A DNA stretch of 64,000 nucleotides. Source: Mobilitalea sp. GTDB taxonomy: Bacteria; Bacillota; Clostridia; Lachnospirales; Lachnospiraceae. Both the position numbers and the translations under genes were made by a program. A model generated the notes under the pieces. That model made no database searches, was not told the origin of the DNA, and saw only the letters and a list, made by a program, of their open reading frames with translations. Positions 10,081 to 22,222 of the stretch are shown one piece after another; position 1 is the stretch's first letter, and every line of letters starts with the position of its first letter. The stretch lies in NCBI GenBank assembly GCA_035564175.1, contig DATMUM010000088.1:53529-117528 (forward strand), given 5' to 3'.

Positions 10081-10209
10081 GGATTTCATTTTGGAGTTCT
10101 TTCCAAGAATTTTGGAATTTTAAATTCTTTTGACACTGCCCATAAAGAAATATAAAGTTATGTTGTAGCGTCTTGATTTCACTTGTAAATTATAAAGGAT
10201 TGGTGAGCT

Positions 10210-11532
10210 ATGGGTATTAAACTGAAAGAGGATGGTTCCTCAAAAAAGAAGATTTTAATAACTTCCATCCTGTTCATGGGCTTGGGACATTTGATTTTCC
10301 TGAAACAATATGTAAAAGGATTACTTTACGCAGCAATTGAAGTTATCATGCTGGTTATGCTGCCGACAATCATATCTAAGATTAACGGGGCAATATCATT
10401 AGGTACACCGAAGCCGGATCTGCCGGTGAAACTTAGAGATCACTCTATTTTTATGTTGATTGACGGTGTTATGACCTTAGCTATCGTAGTCTTATTTTTT
10501 GTCATCTATTATATATCCGTACGCAGTGCCTTAGCTTCTTATAAGGATTACTGCATCGAGAAAAAGTTTAAAAGCAACAGTGAATCTATGAAAGGTTTTT
10601 TAGGAAAAGCATTTCCGATCTTCGGTCTTGCGCCTACAGTTGGACTGATTGTATTTTTTGTAATTGTTCCATTAATGTTTTCCGCATTAGTGGCTTTTAC
10701 GAACTATTCTTCGCCGAATCATATTCCCCCGAATAATACGGTAGATTGGGTTGGCTTTGCTAATTTTAAAGCAATGTTCGGAGGAAATGCAACCTGGACA
10801 TCAGCCTTGGGAAGAGTTGCACTCTGGACACTTGTTTGGGCTATTCTTGCTACAGCAACCTGCTACTTCGGAGGTATGCTGATGGCTATCATACTATTGG
10901 ATAATAAATTGAAAATAGCTCCCTTATTTCGAGGGATTTTTATACTGCCGTATGCAGTGCCTTCCGTCGTAAGTATGTTGGTATGGCAGAATTTATTAAA
11001 CGGTTCCTTTGGAACTGTGAATCGTACATTGATGAAGCTCGGAATGATTCATACTGCAATCCCATGGCTAGGTGATCAGTGGCTTTCGAAGTTCACTGTA
11101 GTTATGATTAATCTCTGGGCGGGCTTCCCTTATTTTATGCTGTTAATCACGGGTACCATGACTGCTATTTCTGCTGATTTATTTGAAGCGGCTAAAATTG
11201 ATGGGGCAGGCAGGTTCCAGCTGTTCAAGAATATTACATTACCTCTGGTTATGTATCAGACCATGCCTTTGATCATTATGTCATTCACCCACAATATCAA
11301 TAACTTTGGAGCTATCTTCTTCCTGACCGGCGGCAAACCGGTATTAAGTGATACAACCACAACCAGTGCAGGAGGAACGGACTTACTCGTAACCTGGATA
11401 TATAAGCTGACGGTTAATCTGATGAGATACAATTATGCTTCCGTACTTGCGATTATGATCTTTGTCATTCTTGCACCCTTTGCAGTCTTTCAGTTCAGTC
11501 GTACAAAATCTTATAAGGAGGGTGAGCTGTAA
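10210..11532 (+). CDS. Sugar ABC transporter permease (MalF/GanP-like)
   Basis: Multi-TM; WVGFANF, NLWAGFPY, LFEAAKIDGA EAA motif, TDLLVTWIYKL. Confidence 0.92.
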   Translation: MGIKLKEDGSSKKKILITSILFMGLGHLIFLKQYVKGLLYAAIEVIMLVMLPTIISKINGAISLGTPKPDLPVKLRDHSIFMLIDGVMTLAIVVLFFVIYYISVRSALASYKDYCIEKKFKSNSESMKGFLGKAFPIFGLAPTVGLIVFFVIVPLMFSALVAFTNYSSPNHIPPNNTVDWVGFANFKAMFGGNATWTSALGRVALWTLVWAILATATCYFGGMLMAIILLDNKLKIAPLFRGIFILPYAVPSVVSMLVWQNLLNGSFGTVNRTLMKLGMIHTAIPWLGDQWLSKFTVVMINLWAGFPYFMLLITGTMTAISADLFEAAKIDGAGRFQLFKNITLPLVMYQTMPLIIMSFTHNINNFGAIFFLTGGKPVLSDTTTTSAGGTDLLVTWIYKLTVNLMRYNYASVLAIMIFVILAPFAVFQFSRTKSYKEGEL

Positions 11533-12371
11533 TGCTAAGCAGAGTATTCAAAAAAATAAATTTAGGGCTTGTAATATTATTTTTGATTATTTTTTCACTT
11601 GGAGTTATGTATCCGCTGGTGTATGTTGTAGGCGCAGCATTTTCTCCTGGTAATTCGATTGCTTCCTTGAATATTATTCCCTTTGGTGATGGAGTTACCT
11701 TTGCACATTTTAAAGAGTTATTTACCAATACAAATTATTTGATCTGGTATAAAAATACCTTATTCATTGCTACCTGTACCTCGGCATTAACCATTGTGGT
11801 AGCATCCCTTGGAGCTTATGTATTTTCCAGATTCCATTTTACCATGAAGAAGAGTATGATGCTTGCGATGCTTATCCTTCAGATCTTTCCTTCCTTTGTC
11901 GGCATGATTGCGATTTATGTAATCCTGCTTAGAATTGGCGGTCTGGATCATTTATGGGGCTTAATCCTCGTATATCTGGCCGGTAATATTCCTTACAACA
12001 CCTGGATGGTTAAGAGCTATATCGATACGATATCCAAGAGTCTGGATGAGTCGGCAAGAATTGACGGTGCAAATCATCTGACGATATTCTGGAAGATCAT
12101 TCTTCCTATCGCAAGACCGATCATTATCTTTCTGGGAATTACCAGCTTCACTGCTCCCTGGATGGACTTTATTTTCCCGAAGATGGTACTGCGTTCCGCG
12201 GATAAACAGACGCTGGCGCTTGGTCTGTTCAGCTTTGTAACTGATAAAAAGAATGATTTTACGATCTTTGCTGCAGGAGCCCTGTTAGTGGCAATACCAT
12301 TTATTATATTCTTTATCATTACTCAGAAGACAATGGTTACCTCCTTTGGTACTGCGGCAGTGAAAGAATAA
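11532..12371 (+). CDS. Sugar ABC transporter permease (MalG/GanQ-like)
   Basis: LDESARIDGA EAA motif, WYKNTL, QIFPSF; overlapping stop/start with upstream permease. Confidence 0.92.
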   Translation: MLSRVFKKINLGLVILFLIIFSLGVMYPLVYVVGAAFSPGNSIASLNIIPFGDGVTFAHFKELFTNTNYLIWYKNTLFIATCTSALTIVVASLGAYVFSRFHFTMKKSMMLAMLILQIFPSFVGMIAIYVILLRIGGLDHLWGLILVYLAGNIPYNTWMVKSYIDTISKSLDESARIDGANHLTIFWKIILPIARPIIIFLGITSFTAPWMDFIFPKMVLRSADKQTLALGLFSFVTDKKNDFTIFAAGALLVAIPFIIFFIITQKTMVTSFGTAAVKE

Positions 12372-12380
12372 AAGGAGATT

Positions 12381-14462
12381 ATGCATAAGATGATGACGGC
12401 ATTTGGATTTAATACTAGTTATCTTACGAAAGATGACAAACCTTGGTTTCCAATGATGGGAGAGATACATTATTCCAGGTATCCCCAAAAATACTGGAAG
12501 GAATCCTTATATAAAATGAAAGCTGGCGGCATTGATATTGTCTCTGCCTATGCTATCTGGATTCATCATGAGGAAATCGAAGGAGAGTATGATTTTAACG
12601 ATAATAAGGATTTAAGAGGTTTTGTGACGGCTTGTAAGGAATGTGGCTTATATCTGCTGTTTCGTATCGGTCCATGGGTTCACGGGGAAGTCAGAAACGG
12701 AGGTTTCCCGGATTGGCTGGTACAAAAGGGATATAAAGCAAGAAGCAATGACCCGGGATATCTGAAAGAAGTTAGAAATTATTATACTGAGTTGTACAAA
12801 CAGGTCCAGGGTCTGTTATGCAAGGACGGAGGGCCGATCATCGGAATTCAGATTGAAAATGAATTAGGCCATTGCGGCGGAGCGAGCGGAGAAGCCGGAG
12901 AAGAGCATATCCGCACGCTACACCGTATGGCAGTTGAAATTGGTTTTGATGTTCCTTACTATACGGCAACCGGCTGGGGTGGAGCTATAACCGGAGGATT
13001 GCTACCGGTAATGGGCGGTTACCCGGAAGCACCTTGGGAGCATAGTCTTACAGAGCTGGAGCCCAGCAGTAATTATGTCTTTTCCCATGAGAGAAATGAT
13101 CATAATATCGGCAGTGATTTCGGCATTGGGGAAGGTGTAACCTTTGATTATGCTGACTTTCCTTATCTTTGCGCAGAGCTTGGCGGCGGAATGCAGGTAA
13201 CCTATCAGCGAAGACCCGTAGCAGAAGCTGAAGATATCGGTGCCATGACAATTGCGAAACTCGGCAGCGGAGTAAATCTCCTGGGATATTATATGTATCA
13301 CGGAGGTACCAATCCCAAAGGAAAGGTAACAACACTGCAGGAAACGAGATTCAACGGTTACAGTGATTACGCGGAGCTAAATTATGATTTTCGCGCACCC
13401 ATCAGGGAATTCGGACAGATGTCGGATACGTTAAAGGAAATCAAGCTTTATGCGATGTTTGTGAAGGATTTTGGCAGTGAATTCTGTTCCATGCCTGTCT
13501 ATCTACCTGAATCAAACCCGGACACTGCGAATAATCTGACGGATCTGCGATATGCCTTCCGCCATAACGATAGAAGCGGATATGTATTTATCAATAATTA
13601 TCAAAGACGATATCCTATGGCAGAGCATGAGAATGTTAAGCTTGTTGTTGATCTTCTGGAGGAGACTGTTACCTTTCCGGAAATAACCATTAAGGACAGG
13701 GATTATTATTTCCTTCCATTTAATATGAAGCTTAGTAAAGCAGTATTAAAAAGGGCAATGGTTACTCCGTTATGCTGCTTGAATAATACAGTGAAGTCTT
13801 ATGTATTCTATGGTGACAGAGAGCCCGGGTATCTCTTGCAGGGTGATATGACAGGGATTGAACTCATCGACCTGAGCAGGAAGGATGCTCTGAATGCCTG
13901 GAAGGTGAAACTAAAGCAAGAGCATCTGATTATCAGCACAACAGATGTACTGCAGACAGATCAGGGAATTGAGCTGATTGGAAGAGAAAAGCTGATCTTC
14001 AGAATATATCCTGATTTGAGTAATGTCCCGGATGGTTTTGTGAGAAGTGGTATGGATGGTATATTCACAGTATATGAAAAGCTGATGGATGTACAGGAGG
14101 TTCCGGTAGGTTATAGACTTGAGACTGAATCAGCCCAGAGGAATACCTATGAGATAGAGCTTAAGATACCGCAGGGTAACATGGAGGACTGCTTCCTGCA
14201 GATAACCTATCAGGGTGATTATGCCAAATTATATCGCAGTGGAGAGTTTATTGCTGATCATTTTTATGTCGGTAAGGAGTGGGAAGTTGGTTTAAAACAG
14301 TTTGATTTCCCTGAAAAGCTGACACTTGAGGTGTATCCTTTACAGGAAAATGCTGAAATGTTCCTGGAAACCTGGCCGGATATGAAAAATGGCATCGCCT
14401 GTGAATTAAACCATGTTTCTGCACAGGCTGAGTATAAGGCACTTATTACTTATAAAAGATAA
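12381..14462 (+). CDS. Glycoside hydrolase family 35 beta-galactosidase
   Basis: GEIHYSR, WIHHE, RIGPWVHGE..NGGFPDW, QIENE, YMYHGGTN, YDFRAP GH35 motifs. Confidence 0.92.
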   Translation: MHKMMTAFGFNTSYLTKDDKPWFPMMGEIHYSRYPQKYWKESLYKMKAGGIDIVSAYAIWIHHEEIEGEYDFNDNKDLRGFVTACKECGLYLLFRIGPWVHGEVRNGGFPDWLVQKGYKARSNDPGYLKEVRNYYTELYKQVQGLLCKDGGPIIGIQIENELGHCGGASGEAGEEHIRTLHRMAVEIGFDVPYYTATGWGGAITGGLLPVMGGYPEAPWEHSLTELEPSSNYVFSHERNDHNIGSDFGIGEGVTFDYADFPYLCAELGGGMQVTYQRRPVAEAEDIGAMTIAKLGSGVNLLGYYMYHGGTNPKGKVTTLQETRFNGYSDYAELNYDFRAPIREFGQMSDTLKEIKLYAMFVKDFGSEFCSMPVYLPESNPDTANNLTDLRYAFRHNDRSGYVFINNYQRRYPMAEHENVKLVVDLLEETVTFPEITIKDRDYYFLPFNMKLSKAVLKRAMVTPLCCLNNTVKSYVFYGDREPGYLLQGDMTGIELIDLSRKDALNAWKVKLKQEHLIISTTDVLQTDQGIELIGREKLIFRIYPDLSNVPDGFVRSGMDGIFTVYEKLMDVQEVPVGYRLETESAQRNTYEIELKIPQGNMEDCFLQITYQGDYAKLYRSGEFIADHFYVGKEWEVGLKQFDFPEKLTLEVYPLQENAEMFLETWPDMKNGIACELNHVSAQAEYKALITYKR

Positions 14463-14503
14463 GTAAGACGAAACTTTTATAATCATGCTATTTACACAAA
14501 ATT

Positions 14504-14587
14504 GATACATTTTCCTGAGCGGAAGTAAAGCTTTAATATGCTTACGATACATGTTCCTGAGCAGAAGTTACGCTTTAATATACTTAC
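14504..14587. repeat. 42-bp tandem duplication
   Basis: GATACATTTTCCTGAGCGGAAGTAAAGCTTTAATATGCTTAC followed by GATACATGTTCCTGAGCAGAAGTTACGCTTTAATATACTTAC. Confidence 0.9.
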
Positions 14588-14772
14588 GCATGTATGTGTA
14601 ATAGCGGAGAAATTTGTACTAATTGCGTAGCAAATTACAATAATTAAATTGTTTTGCATTATATATAAAGGTTACTAATACCACATGCTTCAGTTTACAT
14701 TGCTTACCGTAGTGCCTGAAAGTATGTGGTATTTGTTTATTGGTGTATGCAGTTGATAATTAAGGAATTTAA

Positions 14773-16767
<1,995 letters not shown>

Positions 16768-16867
16768 GTCAATGCCTTATGTTATTTTTCGTATTGCTTT
16801 TCAAATGTTATCATTGTTATGATATGCCATTGTAACGGTTTTATAATTAACTAAATAATGAAAATGA

Positions 16868-16940
16868 AAAGGCTTGATAGATAAACCAAAGATTTAACTT
16901 ATTCAGGATTAAATCTTCTGGAGCTGACTATCAAGCCTTT
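16868..16940. terminator. Long interrupted hairpin/terminator after GH53
   Basis: AAAGGCTTGATAG...CTATCAAGCCTTT with inner AAGATTTAA/TTAAATCTT stem. Confidence 0.7.
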
Positions 16941-17012
16941 ATTATATATTCTTGGATAATATAAAGCCTTTTAGGAAGTTGGAATCGACTTCGTAATATG
17001 CTTCTTACTGAT

Positions 17013-17750
17013 TTATTTAATATAATTATAGCGGAAGCCCTTATATAGAGTAACTGCAGTATCCAGAATATATACGAAGGAAAGAAACAAAATTACGCTG
17101 GAGGTTAAATGGTTCCATAATTCATGAAAGGACTGGCTGCCACTGATATGAAAAAGAGTGTTCATTTCTGATATAAAGTTCTTATTCCAAATGGGAAAAT
17201 TAGTAAACATTATTATTAATAATCATAAATTTATTAAATTTATGATTGCAGTAGTAACTGCATATCTTATAGTAATTCTCCTCTCAATAATCTCCCATAT
17301 GCTCTTAATGATGCTAAGCCCAAAAATGATAATAAACAGCGGAAGAACAGATTTTAATACCTCCAGGTCAAAAATCGGGATAACTTTTGTAGTATCAGAA
17401 AGAGAATATGCACCCAGAAGCTGAGGAGCAAAAACTAAAATAACTACACCAAGAACAGAGACTATTATACTTAGAATTGGTCCAAGAATAGGGATGGAAA
17501 TATCTCTTGCAGGAGTAGCAGGAAGAGAAGAGGGCTCCCATTCCTGATTCAGCTTTGTAAAGTTAACTCCTTTACGTTCAAATACTGCAAAAATAACGGT
17601 AACCCAGGCAAAGGCCGAAAATAAACTGCTGATAATGCTGCTGATGCAGCTGCCCAGATCTTTATACCACACGGTTCCTGCAGATGTAATTAAATCAAGG
17701 ATGATTGCGATACTCATACCTAATACAGTAGCTGCTAAAACAATAATTAG
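17013..17750 (-). pseudogene. Truncated membrane-protein gene with internal in-frame TGA
   Basis: ORFs 17223-17795 and 17013-17210 are in the same frame, separated by TGA at 17225-17223; no credible start/RBS; 5' end runs into the xylA promoter. Confidence 0.65.
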
Positions 17751-17863
17751 TTTATTTAATTTACAAATTAATATTGAATATTTTTTAAAAACCAATTATA
17801 ATAATAAATGGAATTTGGTTCTGAATTTTTATAAACAAATTGTTTATTAATTCTGACATAACC
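17747..17863 (+). promoter_or_regulatory. xylA promoter with XylR (ROK)-type operators
   Basis: TTAGTTTATTTAATTTACAAATTAA (17747-17771) resembles Bacillus xylO; TTGAAT-N17-TATAAT (17774-17802); further GTTT..AAAC-type sites at 17815-17863. Confidence 0.65.
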
Positions 17864-17908
17864 ATGCAAAGAATTGTAGAAAATAATATATATTAAGGAG
17901 GAATAAAC

Positions 17909-19225
17909 ATGTCTTATTTTAACATTGGAAAAATCCAATATGAAGGACCACAGAGCAAAAACGCACTTTCATTCAAGTACTATAATCCCGATGAAGTAGT
18001 TATGGGTAAGGCCATGAAAGAGCATTGCCGTTTCGCTATGTCTTATTGGCATACACTTACTTATATGGGTAACGATCCGTTCGGTGGTGCAACCATGTAT
18101 CGTGACTGGGATAAAACAGAAGATGCAATGAAGAAAGCGAAGGAAAGAGTACACGCTGCATTTGAATTTATGGAGAAAATGCAGATCCCGTTCTTCTGCT
18201 TCCATGATCAGGATATCGCTCCCCGTGCAGCTACACTGGAAGAGACCAATAAGAGACTGGATGAAATCGTAGCAGTTATTAAAGAAGAAATGGCTCGTAC
18301 CGGAATTAAATGTTTATGGGGTACAACCAATGCCTTTGGCGATGACAAGTTCGTACATGGTGCAGGTACTTCCTGCAATGCTACGGTATTTGCATATGCT
18401 GCTGCACAGATTAAGAAGGCTTTGGATATCACCAAGGAATTAGGCGGCGTTAATTATGTATTCTGGGGCGGCCGTGAAGGTTATGAGACTTTACTGAATA
18501 CCGATACAGGTTTAGAGCTGGACAACCTTGCAAGATTGCTTCAGATGGCAGTTGATTACGCAAAGGAAATCGGATTTACCGGTCAGTTCTTAATCGAGCC
18601 CAAGCCGAAGGAACCTACAAAGCATCAGTATGACTTTGATACAGCTACTGTTCTTTCCTTCCTTAGAAAATACAACTTACAGGATTACTTCAAGATGAAC
18701 ATTGAAGCAAACCATGCAACACTTGCTCAGCATACCTTCCAGCATGAATTAAATATGTGCAGAATCAACGAGGTGCTTGGCAGTGTAGATGCTAATACCG
18801 GTGATCCGATGCTTGGATGGGATACGGACCAATTCCCTACCAATATCTATGATACAACTATGGCTATGTATGAAATTCTGTTGGCTGGCGGATTAACCAA
18901 GGGTGGTTTAAACTTTGACTCCAAGGTTCGTCGTGGTTCCTTCCAGGATGATGATTTATTCTATGCATACATCGCAGGTATGGATACCTTCGCGAAGGGC
19001 TTGAAGGTTGCTGCTAAGCTTCTGGAAGACGGCGTATTAGAGAACTTCAAGGCTGATCGTTATGCAAGCTACAAGGATGGTATCGGTAAGGATATCGTTG
19101 AGGGTAAAGTTGGCTTCAAGGAGTTAGAAGCATTTGCATTAAAGAACGGTACTACCCCGAACAAGTCAGGCAGACAGGAAATGTTAGAGAGTGTTTTAAA
19201 TCAGTATATCTTAGAGACGAAATAA
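17909..19225 (+). CDS. xylA: Xylose isomerase (class II)
   Basis: [43 protein letters not shown]. Confidence 0.98.
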   Translation: MSYFNIGKIQYEGPQSKNALSFKYYNPDEVVMGKAMKEHCRFAMSYWHTLTYMGNDPFGGATMYRDWDKTEDAMKKAKERVHAAFEFMEKMQIPFFCFHDQDIAPRAATLEETNKRLDEIVAVIKEEMARTGIKCLWGTTNAFGDDKFVHGAGTSCNATVFAYAAAQIKKALDITKELGGVNYVFWGGREGYETLLNTDTGLELDNLARLLQMAVDYAKEIGFTGQFLIEPKPKEPTKHQYDFDTATVLSFLRKYNLQDYFKMNIEANHATLAQHTFQHELNMCRINEVLGSVDANTGDPMLGWDTDQFPTNIYDTTMAMYEILLAGGLTKGGLNFDSKVRRGSFQDDDLFYAYIAGMDTFAKGLKVAAKLLEDGVLENFKADRYASYKDGIGKDIVEGKVGFKELEAFALKNGTTPNKSGRQEMLESVLNQYILETK

Positions 19226-19268
19226 TAATGTTCAAAGTAATACAATCGTATTGAAGAACATGAAAGAA

Positions 19269-19331
19269 GGGGCTGCTTTAAAACTAACTGATCAGATATG
19301 ATTAGTTTGGTGGAGGAACAGCTCCATTTTT
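19269..19331 (+). terminator. Probable terminator after xylA
   Basis: GGGGCTG...AAACTAA/TTAGTTT...CAGCTCC followed by T-run. Confidence 0.55.
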
Positions 19332-19671
19332 ATGCCCTGATATAAAAATGTCCTATTACAGCAGCCAAGAATTTATGAAGAATAGCAACAATTATTTAAA
19401 ATTATCACAATACGGCATGCATGAACAAGAAGGATGACCGATACTGATGCTGCAACACTGATACCGATGTAGCAACATGATTCCGATGTTGGATGGCAGG
19501 TTTATAACTGGGAAATTCTAAAATTTAGAAAATGTATATACATATTGGTATATCCGAATTATAATATTACCATATATTAGCATTTCATAGTTTGCTTTGC
19601 AATACACCCTACTTAATCATGACAAATGATTTGGTTTGTCAAGATCATTATATGTTCTGAGGATATTCAAA

Positions 19672-20184
19672 TTATATTACTAAGGTCGGAGGGTTATAAA
19701 TCCTTGCCTTCAGCTCATTATCCAGCATATATAAACCTTTTGGATCGCTGGCAAATAAATCATATTTCTTAATATTCTCATCGGAGTTCTTTTCTTCTTC
19801 TCCCTGCTCCTTAATGAACCAGTCTAAAAACTGCATGGTACGGAAATCCTTAACCTTATAGGCTGCTTCATAAATATTATTAATCGAAGCAGTAACAGTC
19901 ATCTCATGCTCATAGGCCATAACCAAAGGTTCACGGAAATTGGCATATGGTTTTTCCGGAGCATCAATTGCTGCCAGCTTTACGACTTCGGCATTATTTA
20001 ATAAGTATTGACGGAATAATAATGCATGATCCCTTTCTTCCTGCATTTGAACGAAAAACCAATGTTCAAAGCCGCTTAAGCTTTGATCTGCATAATAATC
20101 TGCCATATCCATGTAAAGATAAGCGGAATAGAATTCCTTTGTAATCTGTTCGTTGAGTAATTTCGCAACTTCTTTATTTAACAT
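19672..20184 (-). CDS. ftnA: Non-heme ferritin
   Basis: LNEQI..EFYSAYLY, EERDHA, HEM.VT..I, FLDWFIKEQGEEE ferroxidase motifs. Confidence 0.93.
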   Translation of the reverse strand: MLNKEVAKLLNEQITKEFYSAYLYMDMADYYADQSLSGFEHWFFVQMQEERDHALLFRQYLLNNAEVVKLAAIDAPEKPYANFREPLVMAYEHEMTVTASINNIYEAAYKVKDFRTMQFLDWFIKEQGEEEKNSDENIKKYDLFASDPKGLYMLDNELKARIYNPPTLVI

Positions 20185-20409
20185 GTAATTTCATCCTTTC
20201 TGATGTAGTGATATTTATATTATCTAAAAGTATGCCATAATTGGCAGAGTGTTAAAATTTTTAGAAAGTTTATCAAATTGTACAGTATTATTATAGAATA
20301 AGGCTTTAATTTTGAAATCATAATTATTTTATTTGTGATTTATCCAATTTTATGGTATACATATTATTGTAACGACGCGTTAATAATACTATAAAATGGA
20401 GGTAACGAT

Positions 20410-20568
20410 ATGAAGAAATATGAGTGTTCAGCTTGCGGCTATATTTATGATGAAGCATTAGGGGATCCTGACAGCGGTATCGCACCTGGAACCAAATGGG
20501 AAGATATCCCGGATGATTGGGTATGTCCAGTTTGTGGTGTTGGCAAGGATAGTTTTGACGAAGTTTAA
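20410..20568 (+). CDS. rub: Rubredoxin (52 aa; absent from the ORF track)
   Basis: [52 protein letters not shown]; RBS GGAGG. Confidence 0.97.
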   Translation: MKKYECSACGYIYDEALGDPDSGIAPGTKWEDIPDDWVCPVCGVGKDSFDEV

Positions 20569-20583
20569 TTAAGAAAACAGCAT

Positions 20584-20633
20584 AACTGTCTCATCCAGGC
20601 TTTGAATGACCCGGATGAGACAGTTTTTATTTT
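20584..20633 (+). terminator. Terminator after rubredoxin
   Basis: AACTGTCTCATCC...GGATGAGACAGTT + T-run. Confidence 0.85.
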
Positions 20634-20659
20634 ACATTATTAATATTAGTTGTATTTCT

Positions 20660-20866
20660 TCGTACCAATTAGCAGCTTATCAATGGGGGGATATGGAAGA
20701 GGCTTTAGAATTCGCAGAAAAGATCATAGGTTATGCCGGAAGAGAAATGTATATCTATTATCTTATATATTCTCAGGCGAAGGATTATCAGAATGCATTC
20801 TTATATTTGAAGAAAGCAAATGAGATACAGGTTATTATTGATAAGGACGGTACCGTCCTGTTTTAA
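20660..20866 (+). pseudogene. Possible TPR-protein C-terminal remnant
   Basis: AAYQWGDMEEALEFAEK...KDYQNAFLYLKKA resembles TPR helices; ORF start lies inside the terminator. Confidence 0.35.
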
Positions 20867-21007
20867 GTGATTTAAGAGCTGTAATATCGGGTTTATCTGT
20901 TAAATTTACCCTCCTGGACAACTTCCATAAAATCAATTGACATAGTAGGATTTACGCTTTATGATAATACTATTGTCGTATTTTAGGAGTCTTATTGAGG
21001 TGAACTC

Positions 21008-22129
21008 ATGATATATCTAGATTATGCAGCGAATACTCCGGTTGATCCAGAGGTTATGAACTGCTTTGTAGAAATAAGTAACAAATATATTGCCAATCCG
21101 AATTCCTCCCACCTTCTGGGAAGGGAAGCGAAGGAGGAATTGGATAGGATAACGGAGCATATTGCAGGGCTTTTAGGCGTTAATGCTTCGGAAATCATCT
21201 ATACCTCCGGAGCCAGCGAAGCAAATAATCTGGCGGTTAAGGGCCTGGTGCAGGCTTATAAAAATAATGGAAAACATATTATCTCTACCTGCCTGGAGCA
21301 TCCATCGGTCAGCGGAGCATTAACGTATCTGCAGACCTTGGGATATGAGACTGATCTGGTTGACATTACTAAGGATGGTCTGGTGGATCTGGAGCATCTC
21401 AAAGAATTGCTTCGTAACGATACGGTTTTAGTATCCATCTGCAGTGTGGATAGTGAATTAGGTGTCAGACAGCCCGTAGAAGAGATTGCTAAGCTTTTGG
21501 AAGCTTATCCGAATTGCTTTTTCCATACCGATGCAACGCAGGCAATTGGTAAGGTACCTGTAAATGCAAAGCTTTCTGACTGTATGACCTTTACACCTCA
21601 TAAATTCTTTGGATTAAACGGATGCGGTATATTAGTAAAGAAAGATTCTGTTGTTCTTAATCCTTTGATCCATGGAGGAACCAGTACCACCATTTATCGA
21701 AGCGGTACTCCTGCATTAGGTTTGGCTGCCTCCATTGATAAAGCTCTGGATATTTCACTGGCTCATCAGAAGGATAGATATGATAAGGTTAAGGCTATGA
21801 ATGTATATCTGAAACAACGGCTGCTTGGATACAAGAAGGTACGGATAAACAGTACGGATTATTCCATTCCGCATATCCTTAATCTCAGTGTTCAGGGTAT
21901 AAAGGGCGGACAGTTTCAGGAGGCTTTGGAGCAGGAGTGTATCTGTGTCTCTGTTAAGTCGGCATGCTCCGTTCCGGGTTCTCCTTCGAGACCGGTATAT
22001 GCGGTCTCCAAGGATAAGAAGAATGCCATGTGTTCCTGGCGGATCAGCTTAAGTTATTTGACAACAGAAGAAGAGCTTGATATTTTCATGAAGGCTTTTG
22101 AACGTTGTTATATGAAGCTGGCGGTTTAG
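21008..22129 (+). CDS. Cysteine desulfurase (IscS/NifS-like)
   Basis: IYLDYAANTP, TSGASEANN, HTDATQ, HKF (PLP Lys), RSGTP, SACS. Confidence 0.92.
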   Translation: MIYLDYAANTPVDPEVMNCFVEISNKYIANPNSSHLLGREAKEELDRITEHIAGLLGVNASEIIYTSGASEANNLAVKGLVQAYKNNGKHIISTCLEHPSVSGALTYLQTLGYETDLVDITKDGLVDLEHLKELLRNDTVLVSICSVDSELGVRQPVEEIAKLLEAYPNCFFHTDATQAIGKVPVNAKLSDCMTFTPHKFFGLNGCGILVKKDSVVLNPLIHGGTSTTIYRSGTPALGLAASIDKALDISLAHQKDRYDKVKAMNVYLKQRLLGYKKVRINSTDYSIPHILNLSVQGIKGGQFQEALEQECICVSVKSACSVPGSPSRPVYAVSKDKKNAMCSWRISLSYLTTEEELDIFMKAFERCYMKLAV

Positions 22130-22222
22130 CAAATTAAATTAATTAATAGAAGGTGGATATAGTCAAAGATAATATTTACCGAAATATTTCAACATAGTAA
22201 GAGATTAGAAAGTGGTATAAAA

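Noticed and set aside
14504-14587. Possible CRISPR mini-array (also considered at 43274 and 58323)
   Set aside because: Repeats are contiguous with no unique spacers, and there are no cas genes in the window
17223-17225. In-frame TGA as selenocysteine or recoding
   Set aside because: Lies in a hydrophobic helix of a 5'-truncated gene, no SECIS-like hairpin, and TGA is used as a normal stop elsewhere
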